A stretch of DNA of 64,000 nucleotides from Candidatus Latescibacterota bacterium (lineage in GTDB: Bacteria > Latescibacterota > UBA2968), in the NCBI GenBank assembly GCA_965204375.1, contig OZ241986.1, positions 2,560,001-2,624,000 on the forward strand. The letters run 5' to 3'. Below, piece by piece: positions 39,046-47,644 of the stretch. Position 1 is the stretch's first letter; every line of letters begins with the position of its first letter. The translations under genes were made by a program, and so were the position numbers. Below the pieces are notes generated by a model, which was not told the origin of the DNA, did not search any database, and worked only from the letters and a program-made list of their open reading frames with translations.

Positions 39046-39870
39046 TCAAAGATCCCGGGCAACTCGAAAACCGGAGCTGCGGGACCGAAAACCGGTGCTC
39101 CACAGGCCGCGCTCCGCAGAACGCAAGAACCACGGACCGTAGTACCAACAACCACCACGCACCACGCGCAAACCGCAGTCCTCAGACGTCCACGCAGACC
39201 CATCAGTAGGTGCGCCTTCATAGCTGTCATTATAGCAGTCTTGCACCCACTCCCCCACATTCCCGTGCATATCGTACACGCCCCAGGCATTGGCTACGAA
39301 AGATCCCACAGGTGCGGTCTGCTCATCATCCCACTGGCTGCCACAACCATCGCAATTGGCACGATTTTCACCTATGTTGTCTCCCCAGCTATACGCTGCC
39401 TCTGTGCCTGCCCGTGCCACATACTCCCATTCTGATTCACTCAATAAACGATAGGTTTTACCCGTCCGAGCAGACAACCAACCAACATAAGACTGGGCAT
39501 CTTCCCAACTCACATGGATCACAGGACGATTCCCGCGACCCCAGCGCATATCATCTGGAATATGGTTTCCACAACCTCCTGCATCCAGACAGGCGTACCA
39601 TTCGGAAAATGTCACCTCATATACGCCTACAGCAAACTGGTAATCTATACGCACCCTATGCAGCGGTTCTTCATCATCATCATGACCTGCCTCACCCATG
39701 GATGATCCCATCGTGAAAAATCCTGACGGCACGACAACCATCTTGGGACATTCAGCACAATCTTGAAAAGTCTCGCCAGGTGATGGCACGCTATCCCCGG
39801 TGTCCTGTTGTGACCAAAGGGGAAGGGTCAGAAGAATGAACACACCTATACAAATACAGTGACGATACAT
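39046..39870 (-). CDS. FGE-sulfatase (SUMF1/CLec-fold) domain exported protein, candidate DGR target
   Basis: DCAECPKMVVVPSG.F.MGS, RLLSESEWEYVARAGT, YDMHGNVGEW, RVVRGG..GFRVAR; signal peptide; AGGAG RBS. Confidence 0.9.
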   Translation of the reverse strand: MYRHCICIGVFILLTLPLWSQQDTGDSVPSPGETFQDCAECPKMVVVPSGFFTMGSSMGEAGHDDDEEPLHRVRIDYQFAVGVYEVTFSEWYACLDAGGCGNHIPDDMRWGRGNRPVIHVSWEDAQSYVGWLSARTGKTYRLLSESEWEYVARAGTEAAYSWGDNIGENRANCDGCGSQWDDEQTAPVGSFVANAWGVYDMHGNVGEWVQDCYNDSYEGAPTDGSAWTSEDCGLRVVRGGCWYYGPWFLRSAERGLWSTGFRSRSSGFRVARDL

Positions 39871-39928
39871 CTTGATCTCTCCTTTCATTAATTTTTACCT
39901 GCCATTATCTCTGGACATCATCTGGACC

Positions 39929-41059
39929 TCACCAGGCTCTTTCGACGATGATATGCGCTTTCGACCCGGCACCTCCACGATGACGCCAGACCTGCGTTTC
40001 CGTGTTCTCCCCGGTAACGCGGATCTCCCCTGTGTTTTCGTCTCGGTAGCTACAGTCCCCCTTGTATCCCGTGCCATTGATCGCTGTCAATTCCACTGCA
40101 TAGCTCTCGCCTGACCACACATTCAGCGTGTAGCAATCCCAGTCGTTGTCAATTTCTCCGGAAAATATGGTACTGCCATTTACATCGACGCTGATCTTAT
40201 CGCCATCTTCGCACTCGTGGTCCCGCACGCAAATTTTAAGGGTCCCCGTCGTGCCCTTAATTTTCATCGAAAAGTCCTGGATGGCCTGATCACTACTGCC
40301 GACCTGACCTCCGTAGGCATAAATGTGGTCCCTATAGTCCGCCACCCACATGGTCGTCCCGTCCGACCAGACCCCTGTGGGGGAGGTGTTTCCTGCAGCG
40401 AGATCGAAGTCCTTGTTCCGGTCACGAGCTTTGGATCTCATGTTGTAGGCATAAATTTTATGCCGATATCCGTCTGCTACCCACATGGTCGTCCCGTCTG
40501 ACCAGATCCCGTCAGTGCTTTGTGCTCCGGCGGCACTCAGCGTATTGAAGTCCTTGTTCGGATCATGGGCTTTAGATCTCATGTTGTAGGCATAAATCTT
40601 ATCGAATTGGTAAGCGCTGTCCATCACCCACAAGGTTGTCCCATCCGACCAGATCCCTTCAGGAACTCCGTTTCCTGAGGCGAGATAGAAGTCCTTGTCC
40701 GGGTCGCGCGCTCTGGTCCTCATGTTGTAGGCATAGATCCCACCGTCAGCATGATCTACCACCCACATAGTCGTTCCGTCCGACCAGATCCCTGCAGGGG
40801 ATTCGTTTCCGGCGGCTTTCAGCGTATTGAAGTCCCTGCCTGAATCACGGGCCTTGGTTCTCATGTTGTAGGCATAAATCTTGGCGCTCCTGTCTGCCAC
40901 CCACATGGTCGTCCCGTTCGACCAGATCCCTGTGGGATTTCTATTTCCTGAGGCGAGCTTCTCGAAGTCCCTGTCCGGGATGTGGGTCATGTCGCCAGTC
41001 GATGCCGGACCTGTCAATACAAATACCGAACAAATGATCAACATAATGCGGTTCCACAT
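39929..41059 (-). CDS. exported five-repeat beta-propeller-like protein with a Cys-containing C-terminal domain
   Basis: Signal peptide; five G(I/V)WS(D/N)GTT(M/L)WV.D..IYAY repeats; AGGAGG RBS. Confidence 0.85.
   Translation of the reverse strand: MWNRIMLIICSVFVLTGPASTGDMTHIPDRDFEKLASGNRNPTGIWSNGTTMWVADRSAKIYAYNMRTKARDSGRDFNTLKAAGNESPAGIWSDGTTMWVVDHADGGIYAYNMRTRARDPDKDFYLASGNGVPEGIWSDGTTLWVMDSAYQFDKIYAYNMRSKAHDPNKDFNTLSAAGAQSTDGIWSDGTTMWVADGYRHKIYAYNMRSKARDRNKDFDLAAGNTSPTGVWSDGTTMWVADYRDHIYAYGGQVGSSDQAIQDFSMKIKGTTGTLKICVRDHECEDGDKISVDVNGSTIFSGEIDNDWDCYTLNVWSGESYAVELTAINGTGYKGDCSYRDENTGEIRVTGENTETQVWRHRGGAGSKAHIIVERAW
40310..40975 (-). repeat. intragenic tandem repeats of about 135-150 bp
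   Basis: Recurrent catgttgtaggcata and gaccagatccc strings on the + strand. Confidence 0.85.
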
Positions 41060-41172
41060 AGATGCCTCCTCTGTAAGCTGTTTTAAAACTATGGTGAAGG
41101 AAAAAAGCTATTGAAAAAGCGTATCCATCTGTCCAATCATCGATCTGACGAGACTCAAAATCTAATTTATAA

Positions 41173-41188
41173 TGCAAAAAGTGTGCCA
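41173..41188 (-). promoter_or_regulatory. sigma-54 (-24/-12) promoter
   Basis: TGGCAC-ACTTT-TTGCA on the minus strand, with exact consensus spacing, about 115 bp upstream of 41059. Confidence 0.85.
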
Positions 41189-41244
41189 ATGTGAGTGCTA
41201 TCCCAAATCATTATATTCGTAAAGGGTTGTTTTATATGAAAAAA

Positions 41245-41294
41245 AGAGCCAATCTAACTATATAATATCGTCATAGGATAGTTGGATTGGCTCT
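41245..41294. repeat. 17-bp inverted repeat
   Basis: AGAGCCAATCTAACTAT-16 bp-ATAGTTGGATTGGCTCT (16/17 match). Confidence 0.8.
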
Positions 41295-41299
41295 GCCAT

Positions 41300-41357
41300 A
41301 AGACTTTACTTAGTCTTATAGAAGACGTATTATGGTCTCAGGACTATAGTACGTCCT
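41300..41357. promoter_or_regulatory. three tandem dyads, candidate enhancer (UAS) sites
   Basis: AAGAC-N8-GTCTT (41300), AAGAC-N8-GTCTC (41322), AGGAC-N8-GTCCT (41340). Confidence 0.65.
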
Positions 41358-41445
41358 TTTTTGTTTGCAAGTGTGAGATTCAATATTATGTTTTTATTTG
41401 CAAGTATGAGATTCTATTTTTTACCCATATCACAAGGTTCTTTCT

Positions 41446-44400
41446 ATGATCAAACCGCTTGAGCGCACGGGTACCTGGCAAACTTATTCTATGGCTGATG
41501 GCCTGGCCGGGATACGCACTGAACACATTGCCGAGGATAGCGAGGGCTATCTCTGGTTTGCCACATGGGACAATGGTGTTAGTTGCTTCGATGGCGACGA
41601 GTTCCAGACATTTACCCAACAGGACGGTCTTGTTAGTGATCGCGTTTATTTTATTCAAAAGGACAGCCAAGATCGGTTGTGGTTCGGTACATTAAATGGC
41701 GTCTGCTGGTACGACGGGGCAGATTTCCACCATCTGGAGGACGAGGGGATTGCAGGTCGTGCTGTGCAATTCATTTACGAAGATCATCAGGGTCGTATAT
41801 GGTGTGGTGGTCATCGCACTCTGGGATATTACGACGGCACGGTGTACCACGATTTGATTCCGCTCTACCTGCAAGACTACGAGCAGCCGCCTTCTCCTCA
41901 GTGGCCCAACCAGTGCCGGGGCATTGCCCAGGATCCGGAAGGCCATCTGTGGTTTGGTTTTAACTACCTCATCCGTTTCGACGGTCAATCCTTCCATCGC
42001 TATGAAGAGGGGTTTCCGCCACGCCTCCTGACGAGCTATGCCGTAGGACAGGACAATACCGGTAAGGTATGGATTGGTCAGCACGAACATCACCGCGAAC
42101 ATCAGAACGAACTCTGGTGCTATGTCGATGGTATCCCTCAGCCTGTTCAGGTAGATTGGAGTGGCACACTGCGCAAGATTCAGTGTGACGGTACAGGGCG
42201 GATGTGGTTTAGCACTTCAGACGGCGTGTTCTATCAGGACGGTGATGGGTTTAGCTGGTTTACCCCTGCCGATGGTCTGCCGAATTCCGCAGTTAAAGCT
42301 GTGTTCCAGGATCGCGGGCATCAGTATTGGTTTGCCACCTGGGGAGGCGTCGGGTTTTACGATGCGCATAGTATCAGCGTTTTCGACCCGAGTACAAACT
42401 TATCTCACGTAGCTAAAAGCAAGAGCGAGATCTCGCAGATCGTGCAAGACCGGCGAGGTGATATATGGGTCGGTTATGTAGCTCCCTTTCTCAACCGTCT
42501 GGAGAAAAGCGTTTTTCGCTTTGATGGGGAGAACTTTGCCTTTGTAGGTACCGAGGATGACTCTGATATCAACAACTGTTTTGCTATCTACGAGGACCGC
42601 GATAGGGACCTGTGGTTTGGGGGTCGCAATGGCCTATTCCGCTACGATGGGCAGAAGTTAAAAAAAATAGAAGAACCAAACGCAGGTTCAGGCAAAAGCA
42701 GTATTTGTGCAATTGCTCAGGATTCACAAGGACAAATGCTTCTCGGTCATTGGGAAAACGGCATCAAACAAAGAAGAAGAGACCTTCTTGTTAGTCCATT
42801 GAAGCTCAGTTATCAGCAAGGCGAGGAGTTCCAAACCATTTTTGTGGAACAGGAAGAGAAAGATCCTTTTAGCCGCATCGGCACTGTGATGCCCGGGCGC
42901 AACGGCGAATTTTATTTTCATCTATATCACCAAAATTTCTCTGACAATGACAAGGGTTTCGCGCGCTGGCATCCCGAAGACAAGCTCAAATTTTATGGGA
43001 TTGAAGACGGACTGATAGACGATAGGGTTACAGATCTGTTGTTAGGCCGCGATGGCAACCTGTGGGTGGCTACGCTGAGTGGTCTTTGTCGCTTTGATGG
43101 CAGCATCTTTCAGACCTTCACGACTGAAGACGGGTTGCCGAGCAACCGCATCCGTTGCTTGCTACAAGATCGGCGAGGCCACCTCTGGCTTGGCACAGAC
43201 GGAGGCGTAGCTCATTGCGATGGTCAGCTTTTCCAGACCATCAAGTCACCGCATATAGGACCGGTTTGCCAGATACTCGAAGATCGCGATGGCGCCTTCT
43301 GGTTCGGTACAGTCCAAAATTCTCTGGTGCGCTATCGGCAACAAAAAACGCCACCTCAGATTCGCCTGATTCAAGTGATTGCCGATGAGGTCTATGAGGA
43401 CCTGCAGGAAGACATTCTATCTAAGACAGACCAGAATGTGATTTTCGAGTACAAGGGCCTGAGTTTTTCCACACATCCCAGCGACATGCTCTACATCTAT
43501 CGCCTGAAGGGATACGACTCTGACTGGCAGCCTGCAACCCGAAAAATGCGGGCACATTACCGGGACTTGCCACCGGGAGACTACACCTTCCAGGTTCGGG
43601 CTATAGATCGCGACCTCAATTACTCAGAGATAGAACAGGCACGACTCTCGATAGTATCGGATCCTCGTATCGAAGCATTGACGAACGTCATCAACCGTCG
43701 AGGAAGCCAGAAGTTTATCGGGCATAGCCCAGCTCTGCGCCAGTTTCAAGTCAATCTTGAAAAAATTGCATCCACCAATATAACCGTGCTGATTCTGGGC
43801 GAGACAGGTGTGGGCAAGGGGCTGGCTGCTCGGATGCTACACGCGCTGAGTGCCCATAGTGATGGACCTTTTATAGAGATTAATTGCGGTGCATTGCCCG
43901 GAGCGTTGATCGATAGTGAACTGTTCGGTCACGAGAGAGGGGCTTTTACCAGCGCAATCTCCCAAAGACTGGGCAGAGTGGAACTGGCAGAGGATGGCAC
44001 GCTATTTTTAGATGAGGTCGGCGATATGGCCCTGGAAACGCAAGTCAAGCTGTTGCGTTTGCTGGAAGAGGGCACGTTTGAGCGCGTTGGGAGCAGTGAG
44101 ACGCGGAAGGCAAAGACGCGCATTGTAGCAGCGACCAATCGCGACTTAAAGGAGATGGTCAGTACAGGTGCTTTCCGGGAGGATCTGTATTATCGTCTCA
44201 ATGCCTTTCTGATGTATTTGCCGCCGCTTCGCGAGCGCAAGGAGGATATCCCTGAGTTGGCCGAGTATTTTAAAGATCGCCTATCAGGGCATATCGGCAA
44301 GCAAATAGACCCCTTGACACCAAAAATCATCAAGATATTGCAAGCCTACGATTGGCCTGGCAATGTGCGGGAGTTGGAGCACACCATACAGCGGGCTGTC

Positions 44401-44670
44401 ATCTTGTGTCCTGATTCTCAAATCGGAGTGGGAGATCTGGGACTGTATGTTTCTCGAATCGAAGATACGCAACGGGCCTTATCCGCTTCTCAAGCCCGCG
44501 AAATCGTGCCTTTGGATGAGCATGACCGCCGCTACATCCTCGACGTGCTCAAAGCCACGAGATATCAGATAAAAGGACCCGGTGGAGCAGCGTCACTGCT
44601 TGGGGTACCGCCTTCTACCCTGTATGGGAAAATGAAAAAACTGGGCATCAAAAATCGAAAATCAAAGTAG
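41446..44670 (+). CDS. sigma-54 enhancer-binding protein with N-terminal Reg_prop beta-propellers and a Y_Y_Y domain
   Basis: Repeated ED..G.LWF.T units; Y.YRLKGYD.DW..YRDLPPGDYTFQVRA; GETGVGK, ELFGHERGAFTSA, FLDEVG, WPGNVREL; HTH GAASLLGV..TLY. Confidence 0.93.
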   Translation: MIKPLERTGTWQTYSMADGLAGIRTEHIAEDSEGYLWFATWDNGVSCFDGDEFQTFTQQDGLVSDRVYFIQKDSQDRLWFGTLNGVCWYDGADFHHLEDEGIAGRAVQFIYEDHQGRIWCGGHRTLGYYDGTVYHDLIPLYLQDYEQPPSPQWPNQCRGIAQDPEGHLWFGFNYLIRFDGQSFHRYEEGFPPRLLTSYAVGQDNTGKVWIGQHEHHREHQNELWCYVDGIPQPVQVDWSGTLRKIQCDGTGRMWFSTSDGVFYQDGDGFSWFTPADGLPNSAVKAVFQDRGHQYWFATWGGVGFYDAHSISVFDPSTNLSHVAKSKSEISQIVQDRRGDIWVGYVAPFLNRLEKSVFRFDGENFAFVGTEDDSDINNCFAIYEDRDRDLWFGGRNGLFRYDGQKLKKIEEPNAGSGKSSICAIAQDSQGQMLLGHWENGIKQRRRDLLVSPLKLSYQQGEEFQTIFVEQEEKDPFSRIGTVMPGRNGEFYFHLYHQNFSDNDKGFARWHPEDKLKFYGIEDGLIDDRVTDLLLGRDGNLWVATLSGLCRFDGSIFQTFTTEDGLPSNRIRCLLQDRRGHLWLGTDGGVAHCDGQLFQTIKSPHIGPVCQILEDRDGAFWFGTVQNSLVRYRQQKTPPQIRLIQVIADEVYEDLQEDILSKTDQNVIFEYKGLSFSTHPSDMLYIYRLKGYDSDWQPATRKMRAHYRDLPPGDYTFQVRAIDRDLNYSEIEQARLSIVSDPRIEALTNVINRRGSQKFIGHSPALRQFQVNLEKIASTNITVLILGETGVGKGLAARMLHALSAHSDGPFIEINCGALPGALIDSELFGHERGAFTSAISQRLGRVELAEDGTLFLDEVGDMALETQVKLLRLLEEGTFERVGSSETRKAKTRIVAATNRDLKEMVSTGAFREDLYYRLNAFLMYLPPLRERKEDIPELAEYFKDRLSGHIGKQIDPLTPKIIKILQAYDWPGNVRELEHTIQRAVILCPDSQIGVGDLGLYVSRIEDTQRALSASQAREIVPLDEHDRRYILDVLKATRYQIKGPGGAASLLGVPPSTLYGKMKKLGIKNRKSK

Positions 44671-44671
44671 A

Positions 44672-45616
44672 TTATATATTATCGCGAATTTTTCTCCAAA
44701 CAGTCGCTGCGGCGTGGACATCCTGAATCGCCAGACCGCTCGAATACGCAATACATTCCTGTCCGCGCAAGTGTTCCAAATGTCCCAACGCCGCATGCCC
44801 GATATTTAATATCTCATCCCCCTCGCCTTTTACCCAGCGGGGCGTATCCTCTCTCGCGCGCAACGCGAGAAACTCGCCCGACTTCAGCACCTGCTCACCG
44901 TGATCAGGCACAACAAATCGCCGCGTCAACAATCCCGGATCCAATTGCGTGGAACGCCCATCGCCCCCAATCACAGAAATATGCACATGGCTTTCCACAT
45001 CGAATAAAATCGGCTCAGGCGTAGGCACAGAAGTAAAAATGGCATCTGCCCCATCAATACATGTCTCAATATCCGCGACCATCTCCAGATCACAGGAAAT
45101 ATCCGCTCCAACATCTACTTGATATGCCGCACGCCTCTCGGCCGTCCTGCTCGTTACACGTATGATCTCTGGCGCCAGAGCCACATCAATACACCTGCCC
45201 ATTGCCTGTGCAATACGCCCCGTCCCCAGAATTGCCGCCGTGCGCACGGGAGTCTTCGCCAAATACTTCGCGCCCAACGCACCCGCCGCACCCGTACGCA
45301 TATTGGTAATATACTCGGCATCAAACGAAATGCGGTCACCCCTCCGCACATCCTCCAATTCGATCACAGCGGTTCTCGAACCCAACCGCCCTATCTTGAC
45401 ATCCGAACGCTCTTCGATAACCTTTTGTCCCGTAAATCTCCCCTTCCACCAGCCCGGCATCACCAGACGAAAAAGATCTCCCTCGCGCGAAACCTCTTCT
45501 TTGCGCAGCGGATTGACCATCTTTCCGAGGCCATAAAGTCGAAACGCCTCGTCGCAACTCTCGACAAAATCTCGCGTTGTCATCACCGAAGCGATTTGCT
45601 CATCTGAAATATACAT
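44672..45616 (-). CDS. ornithine cyclodeaminase/mu-crystallin family
   Basis: ITNMRTGAAGA, ILGTGRIA, SSGLAIQD. Confidence 0.85.
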   Translation of the reverse strand: MYISDEQIASVMTTRDFVESCDEAFRLYGLGKMVNPLRKEEVSREGDLFRLVMPGWWKGRFTGQKVIEERSDVKIGRLGSRTAVIELEDVRRGDRISFDAEYITNMRTGAAGALGAKYLAKTPVRTAAILGTGRIAQAMGRCIDVALAPEIIRVTSRTAERRAAYQVDVGADISCDLEMVADIETCIDGADAIFTSVPTPEPILFDVESHVHISVIGGDGRSTQLDPGLLTRRFVVPDHGEQVLKSGEFLALRAREDTPRWVKGEGDEILNIGHAALGHLEHLRGQECIAYSSGLAIQDVHAAATVWRKIRDNI

Positions 45617-45780
45617 GTGTCATCTCCTGAATGGACGCTCAAATGATACCCAAGAGCGTTGACATTTGTTTTTGGTCGGTCTATTTTAATGCTACAGGGA
45701 TACAATGTAGTCAACTGAACTGGATGAGATTACTCGCACTCAAAACTGCCTCTCTAATCTTACTTCTTGGGGAGATTCTC

Positions 45781-46485
45781 ATGGCACAATCAACTCATGC
45801 TGATCGCCCAATGTACTCTATTTATCGCGCAGGCACACCAATTGTAATTGACGGGCGCCTAAATGAACCTGCATGGGTCGCAGCCCCAGACGTGGGAGCC
45901 TTTGTATTTCCGTGGTACGAAACGGGAAAAAAAGAACAAACCATAGCCAAAATGCTATGGGATGACAATTATTTATACGTCTCGTACATCTGTGAAGATG
46001 CACATATTTGGGCAGAACACACCGCGCGCGACTCCGACGTGTGGAAAGACGATACCGTAGAGGTATTCACAGCGCCCAATCCCGATCGGCCCCAGGCTTA
46101 TTTCAATATTGAAATGAACGTACTCGGCATCTTTCTCGACCAATTTCATCCACAAGGCCCAGACGCACCCGTACCCGGCGAGTGGAACGGCGAAGGCATC
46201 CAGATCAAAACGCAAATCGTCGGCACATTAAACGATGACAGCGACGAAGATGAATACTGGATATTGGAAGCCGCCATACCCTTTGCAAATTTTGCACACG
46301 TCGCCGTGCATACCCCTCCAAAAACAGGTGACATCTGGCACTTAAATCTAAATCGCCTGGGCGGAAAAACCAATGAGCAATTCAGCCAGTGGTCGGGCAG
46401 CCGCACGCCGCAACCGCAATTTCATTCACCAGATGATTTCGGGCGGGTAGTATTCTCGGATAAAACGAGTCCATTCTGGCGATAA
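45781..46485 (+). CDS. carbohydrate-binding family 9-like protein
   Basis: IDGRLNEPAW, LWDDNYLY, DD.VEVF, EAAIPF, WHLNLNR; GGAG RBS. Confidence 0.85.
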   Translation: MAQSTHADRPMYSIYRAGTPIVIDGRLNEPAWVAAPDVGAFVFPWYETGKKEQTIAKMLWDDNYLYVSYICEDAHIWAEHTARDSDVWKDDTVEVFTAPNPDRPQAYFNIEMNVLGIFLDQFHPQGPDAPVPGEWNGEGIQIKTQIVGTLNDDSDEDEYWILEAAIPFANFAHVAVHTPPKTGDIWHLNLNRLGGKTNEQFSQWSGSRTPQPQFHSPDDFGRVVFSDKTSPFWR

Positions 46486-46503
46486 TCGCAAAAGGAGAAA
46501 AAC

Positions 46504-47580
46504 ATGTCACAGACATTGCCATTACTCGAAGTCAGTGGTTCGCCAACTGAGCGAGGTCAAGCGCATGGTGAGACATTTAAGGAACAGATTCGGGACCTTG
46601 TCACCATCAATTTTGAGGATATGGTCCAGGGAACACAGGGGTATCTGACAAAAGAGCGCGTATATGAAATTGTATCCACTTACGCGGGGCCCAACCGCGA
46701 CTATGCGCCCCACCTCTTTGAAGAAATGGAAGGAATCGCCGAGGCTGCGGATGTACCCGTAGAAGACCTGCTCGCATTAAACGGCTTTTTGGAATTACAC
46801 GACTATTATTCCGATGCGTTTATGGTATCGGGTTGCACATCGTTCATGGTTCCGGGAGACACATCGGGCGAAGGTGCGTTAATCGCGCAAAATTACGACC
46901 TCTCGTCAATCTATGCCGCGGCAGCAATTCTGGTCAAAGTCAAAAATGATCACGCACCCAACGCGCTCTTTTACACATCAGCCGGCATGCTGGGCTGTGC
47001 GGGCGTAAACGAGGCGGGCATTGGCGTGGTCATCAACAACCTCGTCCCATCAGATGCATCGGGTGGCGTGCTGTATCCCTTCATCATTCGGCGCATCTTG
47101 GAATCCGTGCGAATCGGAGATGCCATAGATGCAGTTATAGCAAAACCGAGAGCATCGGGTATGAATTACGTGATATGCGATGAAAATGGCGAAATATACG
47201 ACCTCGAAACCACGGCGAAAGAATACGAAGTCATCTGTCCCTTTGATGGCCCCATGGCACATTCAAATCACTATCTGACCGACCGACTCAAGCCCTTTGA
47301 ACGGCGTCAATGGGATCAGCGCGGCCAAAGCATCTTGCGCTGGGGCCGCGCCACCAGATTGTTAAAATCCTGCGACAAACGCAATGCAGACACACTAAAA
47401 AATATGCTATCAGATCGGGTAAATACTCCCGTGGGAATATGCCGCCACAACGAAATTCACAATGGCGAAGCCTGCGGTCAGACCATTGCCGGCATCGTGC
47501 TCGATCCCCCGGGGCGAAAAGCGTGGTACACAAAGGGACCGACCGGTGAAAACGAGTGGATTGAATATGGTCTAAACTAA
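46504..47580 (+). CDS. C45 family autoproteolytic acyltransferase/peptidase
   Basis: GSPTERGQAHG, GCTS, AQNYD, GVNEAG, HSNHY. Confidence 0.9.
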   Translation: MSQTLPLLEVSGSPTERGQAHGETFKEQIRDLVTINFEDMVQGTQGYLTKERVYEIVSTYAGPNRDYAPHLFEEMEGIAEAADVPVEDLLALNGFLELHDYYSDAFMVSGCTSFMVPGDTSGEGALIAQNYDLSSIYAAAAILVKVKNDHAPNALFYTSAGMLGCAGVNEAGIGVVINNLVPSDASGGVLYPFIIRRILESVRIGDAIDAVIAKPRASGMNYVICDENGEIYDLETTAKEYEVICPFDGPMAHSNHYLTDRLKPFERRQWDQRGQSILRWGRATRLLKSCDKRNADTLKNMLSDRVNTPVGICRHNEIHNGEACGQTIAGIVLDPPGRKAWYTKGPTGENEWIEYGLN

Positions 47581-47599
47581 AAAAATCCGCATTCCTGTT

Positions 47600-47644
47600 A
47601 AGGCCGTTGCGAGAGGTAATCCTCCTGCAGCGGCCTTTTTTTTT
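47600..47644 (+). terminator. intrinsic terminator
   Basis: AAGGCCGTTGC...GCAGCGGCCTT followed by a T-run. Confidence 0.7.

Noticed and set aside
39046-39870. True formylglycine-generating enzyme maturing the window's sulfatases
   Set aside because: Lacks the catalytic Cys pair and has a signal peptide, whereas the sulfatases look cytoplasmic
34074-44670. Prophage or intact integrative element
   Set aside because: No catalytic integrase, phage structural or conjugation genes, and no att duplication identified
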